Shown: one piece after another, positions 58,235 to 64,000 of the stretch
How the letters are laid out: every line of letters begins with the position of its first letter
Position numbering within the stretch: position 1 is the first letter of the stretch
Assembly (NCBI GenBank): GCA_041687355.1
Contig: JAWLCD010000010.1
Location: 2,371 to 66,370 of the forward strand
Origin: Clostridia bacterium
Lineage (GTDB): Bacteria > Bacillota > Clostridia > Acetivibrionales > UBA4821
Direction of reading: 5' to 3'
DNA length: 64,000 nt
Translations under genes and position numbers: made by a program
Notes under the pieces: model-generated
What the model saw: only the letters and a program-made list of their open reading frames with translations
Databases searched by the model: none
What the model was told of the DNA's origin: nothing

Positions 58235-59881
58235 TCAATCTTTTATTCTCATAACAACAAAGGCGATATCAGAATCTATATAACTACCGGACAGTGCCCT
58301 TGTCATATTATGTGTTATGTTTTCTTCAACTTCAACCAGAGGCTTATCATGTCTTGCTTTCAGGGTCTCTTCCACAACCCTTAAAATACTTTGCTCAATA
58401 TCTGAAGGCGTATCCGGGCTGCACCCAGGAAAAAAGACAACCAACTGCTTTCCTTTAAGCGTCAGTTTTCCTTCGGTAATCCTTTGGGACTGGTCTTCCC
58501 CAGCATTTCGCTGTTCACTGCCTTTAAGTTCAATTAGCCTGAAACCTGTTTGAGGATCAAATACCATAATGCTGTTCCGTGTACCTGTATATGCGTATAC
58601 TAAAGAATTCAGGTCAGGGTTATATGAAGCCAGCATGAGGGAAATATCATTCTCAACCTTCAGTTCATCGTAGTGCTTTAGTACTTTTTCCAGCACCCGC
58701 TTAAGGGACAGCCCGTTGAGTTCATGATTTGATATTACAGTCCTTATTGTTTGGTCAAGAAAAATCGAAAGCATTGTTGAAGGAATACCACGGCTGGATA
58801 TGTTTCCGGTTAGAATCCCTATGCTATTGTTATCCAGGTGTATCAAGTCGTAGAATTGCCCAGTGATTTCATTACCTGCAGCATACCTTGAATACATCTC
58901 TGCTGCTGCACAGTCTATGTGCTTCGCGGGAAGTATCATTTTTTTTATATCCCTGGCATATCCCAGGTCTATCAGTAGTTTCTCATTAACCTCCCTGATT
59001 TTTGCCGTCCCCTCCTCAACCAGTAACTTAAGGTCATTGGTATATCTACCCAAATCGGCCCGTGCATCCGCAAGCTGGGCATAGGGCTTTCTAACACTGA
59101 ACGTAAACATAGACTGAAACAACAGAAACCCAGCTGTAATCCGCAGCAGATGACCTATTACTTCATAGCTGTCTGTGACTGTGTAGTGCCCTGTGAATAG
59201 CGCCTCAACTACCACCTGAATAAAAACAGCCGCTGCCAGCATCTGCATCCCTGGTTCCCTTCTTCTGAAAAACTCCATTATATACTTGATAAGAGCAATT
59301 ATCAGAAATCCAATAACTATATATTGGCACACTTCAAGGTAAATCCCCATGGATTCACTTGGGAAGTTTAAGGCACCTTCCCTTATGGTTTGGGTTATAA
59401 ATAGAATATTAATAAATGTAACAAGTGTCAGAATCATGGTCCTTGAATAATACCGTTTGCTATCCATAGTGATGAATGCTGCAGCCAGAATTCCAATACC
59501 AAACAGCAGTCTTGCAGCCGCATATAATTTAAAGGCAGTATAATCTGAAGCGGCTAAGTGGCTATATACTGTTCCCTCATAGGTAAGGTTATGAAATACA
59601 TCTATAAGTGCTACATTTACCAGGACTACTCCTATTACTACGGTTCTTAAGTTCTTTGACCAGCTGTAAGAGTAGAAGGTAACCAGGAAAGTCATAATAT
59701 ATATGAATATGCATATACCTTCCAGTATACTATGTCCTGCCAAATAACCGGCTTCTGACTTAAACTTCTCAAAGAGAAAAACAGCAGGTATAATCACTGC
59801 TAATACCAAAGCAGCCAAAAAAACAAGTCCTCTGTATTCAACTGCAGTGTTTAACACATTATTTCTTTTAACTTCAGGCAT
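58235..59881 (-). CDS. membrane sensor (MASE3-like) with degenerate SpoIIE/PP2C domain (predicted pseudophosphatase)
   Basis: 548 aa with about 8 TM segments. The PP2C fold is present but the metal-binding Asp motifs are replaced: TGQFYD for GGDFxx, GNISSRG for GDVSGHG, FFPGCS for YTDGLV. Confidence 0.75.
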   Translation of the reverse strand: MPEVKRNNVLNTAVEYRGLVFLAALVLAVIIPAVFLFEKFKSEAGYLAGHSILEGICIFIYIMTFLVTFYSYSWSKNLRTVVIGVVLVNVALIDVFHNLTYEGTVYSHLAASDYTAFKLYAAARLLFGIGILAAAFITMDSKRYYSRTMILTLVTFINILFITQTIREGALNFPSESMGIYLEVCQYIVIGFLIIALIKYIMEFFRRREPGMQMLAAAVFIQVVVEALFTGHYTVTDSYEVIGHLLRITAGFLLFQSMFTFSVRKPYAQLADARADLGRYTNDLKLLVEEGTAKIREVNEKLLIDLGYARDIKKMILPAKHIDCAAAEMYSRYAAGNEITGQFYDLIHLDNNSIGILTGNISSRGIPSTMLSIFLDQTIRTVISNHELNGLSLKRVLEKVLKHYDELKVENDISLMLASYNPDLNSLVYAYTGTRNSIMVFDPQTGFRLIELKGSEQRNAGEDQSQRITEGKLTLKGKQLVVFFPGCSPDTPSDIEQSILRVVEETLKARHDKPLVEVEENITHNMTRALSGSYIDSDIAFVVMRIKD

Positions 59882-59895
59882 ACTCTTCTCCTCTG

Positions 59896-60084
59896 ATAAA
59901 CAGGATTCTTAGGTTCAGGTGGAGTTTTAGGCTAATAATTTCTTGTTATCTTTGATAACTTAGAAATCATTGTCCACCTTGTGTGCTCCGACTGAATCTT
60001 AGAAGCCGTTATCCAGGGACGTAGCGCCGCTTCTCCCTCACTTGAAGAAGAGGGGAGTCTTAGCGGCGGTAGTCATCGGATAAA
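59896..60084 (+). repeat. RepA copy A7 (189 nt; 54-nt module in hairpin 1 at 59934-59987)
   Basis: Fills the whole gap between the two PP2C genes. Confidence 0.9.
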
Positions 60085-60085
60085 A

Positions 60086-61810
60086 TTATTTTGCTTCCAG
60101 CAGAATAAATGAGACATCATCATTGAATCTGTCCTGGCAGGTAAATTGTTTCAGGTCACACACAATGGACTCAACTATTCTGTCCAAACTATTTCCGGAA
60201 TTTTCCGCAATTAGTTTTTCGAGCTTATCCCTGCCGTACCTGCTGCCCAGTAAATCCTCAGAATCTACCAAGCCATCGGTATACAACAGTATCCTGTCCC
60301 CAGTGTTAAGTTTTAAAAGCTTGTCTTCAAAATCTCCAGGAACCAGTCCCGGCAGTTTACATATGGGAAAACCCCCGGTCTTAAGGTACTTAGCAGTTCC
60401 CCCAGAATTGAATACTATAGGGATAGTATTCATCCCTGCAGAACAGAACCTGAAATCTTTTGTTCGAAGGTTATAAACTGCATAAAATAAGCCTATATAC
60501 ATATCTTCATCAAAACTGCTGTAGTTAAAGGCGTCGTACACCATTCTCTGAACCTGAGCGGGAGCAGACAAATCATACCTGCCTGTTAAATTATCCTTCT
60601 GAACCGCTGATGCTATGGTCTGATTCACAAACATTGTCAGCATAGCAGCCCGGACACCATGCCCGGATACATCTCCAATGTATATGCCTATATTTTCTTC
60701 ATCCACCCTGATAACTCTGCAAAAGTCACCGCCCAGAGCCTGGCATGGCCTGTACTCCACATAGAATTCCATACCTTTCAGGCAGAAGTGGCTGGCCGGA
60801 ATCATTTTCATCTGTATGTTCTTTGCTATTTCAATATCACTTAAAAGTTTTTCATTTACCCTGCCTATTTCAAATGTTTTTTCAGTTATGAGTGCTTCAA
60901 GGTTTTCGGTATGCTCTTCAAGCTTCTCCCTTGCAAGGTCTAGCTCACTGTATGGCTTTTGAACATAGCAGAAAAAAATTGCTCTGAACAGAAGATATCC
61001 AGCTCCTACCCTGAGCAGTAGAGCCGCATAATTAAAGGAATGTCCTACTTCAGGGGAAAGTTCATAAAGAAAATGGCTCGATATGCTGCATACTATCGAA
61101 AGAACTATGAAACCGATATGCTTTTCGTGCTGCTTGAGGTATTCTCTGGCTAATAATACGGCTGCCAGAAAGTAACAGATTATTATAAGCCATCTTAAGC
61201 CGAAATAGTTTATAACCGGATTGCCTGGTGGGCTGCTGTAGAATGATTCAAGTATGGTACAAATACTTCCTATATTATTGGCTATTAGAAAATATATCCC
61301 TAATATTCCGATGACTGCAGCCAGTATCGTAGGAATTACAATGGAATTTCTCCTGATTGTGGTGACTGCGTCAACTCCTATCAGGGCAAAAACTATAAGC
61401 CCTGCTGATTTTATCAACCTTCCAGCAAAGTATGCAGTCTGGGCAAAAAAATAATCCGGCTGGTTTAATTTCTCAACCTCAAGATATGCAAGCATATGCA
61501 CAGTATCAAGAATTGCCACAACTAAAAAGATTAAACAAAGAGTAATTGTCCTTACTCTTTTGGTATGGGTAAAAGCATGGTAAGTAGAAAGGAATATTAC
61601 TATTGAGAACATCACACTCATGGAGTCAAAAAGAGTATGCCAGATAAATTCCAACTTATAATAGCTCAGCAGGATATTAGCTGCATCAATTAATGCAGCA
61701 CACAGTATTATCACCATTAAAGGCTTGAAAATCACCTTGTATCTGTCCAGCATCCTGCCTGCTGTACTTATTAAGACTGTTCCATCTTTCATTCCGTCTC
61801 GACCCCACAC
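60086..61810 (-). CDS. membrane sensor (MASE3-like) SpoIIE/PP2C-family protein phosphatase
   Basis: 574 aa, multi-pass N-terminus. Canonical motifs are present: LGGDFCRV, GDVSGHGVRAAM, LYTDGLVD and NDDVSFILL. Confidence 0.85.
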   Translation of the reverse strand: MWGRDGMKDGTVLISTAGRMLDRYKVIFKPLMVIILCAALIDAANILLSYYKLEFIWHTLFDSMSVMFSIVIFLSTYHAFTHTKRVRTITLCLIFLVVAILDTVHMLAYLEVEKLNQPDYFFAQTAYFAGRLIKSAGLIVFALIGVDAVTTIRRNSIVIPTILAAVIGILGIYFLIANNIGSICTILESFYSSPPGNPVINYFGLRWLIIICYFLAAVLLAREYLKQHEKHIGFIVLSIVCSISSHFLYELSPEVGHSFNYAALLLRVGAGYLLFRAIFFCYVQKPYSELDLAREKLEEHTENLEALITEKTFEIGRVNEKLLSDIEIAKNIQMKMIPASHFCLKGMEFYVEYRPCQALGGDFCRVIRVDEENIGIYIGDVSGHGVRAAMLTMFVNQTIASAVQKDNLTGRYDLSAPAQVQRMVYDAFNYSSFDEDMYIGLFYAVYNLRTKDFRFCSAGMNTIPIVFNSGGTAKYLKTGGFPICKLPGLVPGDFEDKLLKLNTGDRILLYTDGLVDSEDLLGSRYGRDKLEKLIAENSGNSLDRIVESIVCDLKQFTCQDRFNDDVSFILLEAK

Positions 61811-61839
61811 TCTTCACATAGCACTGCAATTTACGGGTT

Positions 61840-62721
61840 TTACTCTTGCTGGGAACTCTGCTCACTATGATATTCTACAAACTGTTTACCGTTCCACTTG
61901 TACCATGACCTATGGATAATATCTTCAGATATGCTGGAGGTATAAAGTTCCATTCTACCATCGTGGTCAAAATCCTTTACTTCCAGTTCAGGACCTGAAT
62001 CACGAGTATAAAATTCGGAAAAGCTTCTCCCTACCATAACCAGAACTTTTATCATGCTGGTTCCGGTTCCTTCTGGATCTTTTTGCAGGAAGGAGAACTC
62101 TTTGTTCCCTCCTGTAATTATATCTCCTGAAACCACTTCGCTTAACTGAACGCTGTAACCATCCTGTTTAAGCACAGAATCTATATCCTTTATAAATTTA
62201 CCGTTTTCGTATCTTATTGCAGAAAACATTAAATACTTTTGGTCTCCCTCCGGCTTTTCATACATTATACCCAACTCTCTTGTTCCATCATTATTCAGGT
62301 CGTCCATGCAGTAGGAGACTATAGTACAACTGCCTGGAACAAACAGGTTAATATTGTTATCAATAAACCCGGCTACTTTCTCCCAATTCAGTACGCCATC
62401 ATTTATCAGAGTATACTTCTGCGCGCTTAGCACTGCATTGATACTCCTCACATCTACTTCACCAACTATATTGGATAAGGTAGGAACTTCAGTTTGGTTT
62501 GAGGGACCGCTGACTGACAGGCCGCCACTGTCATCACTATCCTTAGCACTGCCAGCTTGTCCATCAGGCAGCTGGTTGGCTGTAGGACTAGCATTATAAT
62601 TCTGAAGCTTTTCCCCCTGATTATTTAACAAAAATACCAGAATTATGGCCAGAATGATGCAAAATGAAATAACAGTAGACATGACAATTATAAAAAACTT
62701 CCGTGGCTCGATATTCTTCAT
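61840..62721 (-). CDS. membrane-anchored hypothetical protein with FG-GAP/VCBS-like DxDxDG loops
   Basis: 293 aa with an N-terminal TM segment and a low-complexity linker, plus DDLNNDGTRELG and DFDHDGRMELY. Confidence 0.6.
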   Translation of the reverse strand: MKNIEPRKFFIIVMSTVISFCIILAIILVFLLNNQGEKLQNYNASPTANQLPDGQAGSAKDSDDSGGLSVSGPSNQTEVPTLSNIVGEVDVRSINAVLSAQKYTLINDGVLNWEKVAGFIDNNINLFVPGSCTIVSYCMDDLNNDGTRELGIMYEKPEGDQKYLMFSAIRYENGKFIKDIDSVLKQDGYSVQLSEVVSGDIITGGNKEFSFLQKDPEGTGTSMIKVLVMVGRSFSEFYTRDSGPELEVKDFDHDGRMELYTSSISEDIIHRSWYKWNGKQFVEYHSEQSSQQE

Positions 62722-62846
62722 GAAAACAGCTCCTGTTTACCCGATGACTACTGCGGATACATTCATTGAGTAGTCGGTTAATGTATAATAATTATACATT
62801 AATTTTCTGAATTAATAAACATATTATAATGAGAGTTGATATATTA

Positions 62847-64000
62847 TTACAGACTATTCTTTTTCTTCACAAGTCCCAGCAGCACATGCTTCTGATTCAG
62901 GCTTGGGTCTTCCAGAACTTTTTTTATAAGATAATTCAATGCAGCTTTTATATCCTGTCCCTCTCTGACCCCTGCATTTAGTAAGTCATTCCCATTAACC
63001 ACCAACTCCTTTAAACTCAGTGGGTCTCCGGAATTCAGCACTTTCCTGTATATACCTTCAATCATCCTTTGTTGCTCAAGCTTTTCATCAAGGTATCTGC
63101 TTCCCTGAGCTCTGATATCGGCATTCCTGATTAACAGGTAGTCTTCGAAATCTTCCTTGCCTATTCTGTATACTGCCTTACGAACTGACACCTCACAAGG
63201 CTTTATTCTATAATCGTGCCACCTTACAAGCCTGATAACTTTCTCCCTGGTGCGATTATCGTACTTCATCCTCTTCATAATTGTATCGGCTATCTTGACA
63301 CTCATTATTTCATGATTGTAGAAGTGCCCCACACCATTTTTGTCCACAGTTTTAGTATATATCTTCCCTACATCATGAAAAAGCATTGCAAGCCTTAACT
63401 GTAGTTGAGGGTTGATATTTCCAACTGACTTGATGGTATGTTCAAATAAACTGAATTCATGGTGAGGGTTATTCTGGGAGAAATCAACGCTTTGTTCAAT
63501 TTCAGGCAGGACTTCCCCAAGAAGGCCTGTCAGGTGTAAGAGACGCAGACCTTTCTCCACTTTTTCAGCAACCAATATTTTATTGAATTCCTCACGTATC
63601 CTTTCAACCGCAATTCTATTAATCAGCTCTGCATTAGCCTGTATTGCCTTAATAACATCAGAGTCAAGTTCAAAATCCAGCTGAACTGCAAACCTAACCG
63701 CTCGTATCATCCTCAACGCATCTTCCCTGAAACGTTCGGAAGAGCTGCCCACACACCTAATTATCCCGGACTTAATGTCTTCAGTACCTTGACTGTAATC
63801 AATCAATCCCTCGGCAGGGCTAAAAGCAATTGCATTGATGGTAAAGTCCCTTCTTGCTAGGTCTTCCTGAAGGGATGAAACAAACTCGACCGAATCAGGC
63901 CTCCTGCTGTCCGAATAAGAGCTTTCCCTTCTGTATGTAGTCACCTCTACCATTTCACCGTCCTGTACCACAGATACTGTACCATGTTTTAGCCCTGTAT
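62847..64000 (-). CDS. cca: CCA tRNA nucleotidyltransferase with HD domain (partial; N-terminus beyond the window)
   Basis: GLKHGTVSVV and RRDFTINAIA motifs, plus an HD domain (FHDVGK). The reading frame is open to position 64000. Confidence 0.9.
   Translation of the reverse strand, partial: TGLKHGTVSVVQDGEMVEVTTYRRESSYSDSRRPDSVEFVSSLQEDLARRDFTINAIAFSPAEGLIDYSQGTEDIKSGIIRCVGSSSERFREDALRMIRAVRFAVQLDFELDSDVIKAIQANAELINRIAVERIREEFNKILVAEKVEKGLRLLHLTGLLGEVLPEIEQSVDFSQNNPHHEFSLFEHTIKSVGNINPQLQLRLAMLFHDVGKIYTKTVDKNGVGHFYNHEIMSVKIADTIMKRMKYDNRTREKVIRLVRWHDYRIKPCEVSVRKAVYRIGKEDFEDYLLIRNADIRAQGSRYLDEKLEQQRMIEGIYRKVLNSGDPLSLKELVVNGNDLLNAGVREGQDIKAALNYLIKKVLEDPSLNQKHVLLGLVKKKNSL

Overview
This 64-kb window is a core chromosomal segment of a spore-forming Firmicute of the Clostridia type, at roughly 40% GC. 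The taxon is inferred from gene content: fapR-plsX-fab, nfnAB, an alpha/beta SASP, an SLH-domain protein and pdaB. About 60 of roughly 69 genes lie on the minus strand in housekeeping blocks. In coordinate order these are: sigA-dnaG; coaD-rsmD; pdp-yraN-ylqH/FliK-like-rnhB-rbgA; rplS-trmD-rimM-KH-rpsP-ffh-ylxM; an MCP plus PhnD-like binding protein; cinA; fabF-acpP-fabG-fabD-fabH-plsX-fapR; rpsT; a MATE pump; nfnAB; recO-yqzL-era; pdaB-like, HAD, aminotransferase and Lrp; a transglutaminase-SLH protein; a SASP; dcd, a dGTPase-like protein and ppa; yebC; ligA; a fur-like-cbiMQO operon; two MASE3-like PP2C proteins; and cca (partial). I found no rRNA, tRNA, CRISPR array, transposase or prophage genes. 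The unusual content is non-coding. Many intergenic gaps, including gaps inside conserved operons, hold interlocking families of hairpin-forming repeats, which I name RepA, B, C, D, E and H. RepA has 7 copies of 131-244 nt and is built from two long hairpins. A 54-nt mini-module is present or absent at the RepA hairpin apices. Most of the RepA/54-nt-module helices (all except the inner helix of hairpin 2) carry the same CTTG/CTTAG mismatch motif. Elements are nested inside one another, and 19 of 20 oriented copies point the same way, antisense to the flanking operons. A separate hairpin family with a conserved GGGGACGGTTC loop acts as, or overlaps, terminators. I do not recognise these elements as any described IS, MITE or RNA family, but I cannot search databases. 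Secondary items are listed as findings: an active plus a degenerate membrane PP2C pair, a plus-strand pair of unknown proteins between yebC and ligA, a cbiM-cbiQ gap holding repeats instead of cbiN, a perfect 10-3-10 operator at a Fur-family gene, two unlisted small ORFs and an AT-rich transporter islet.
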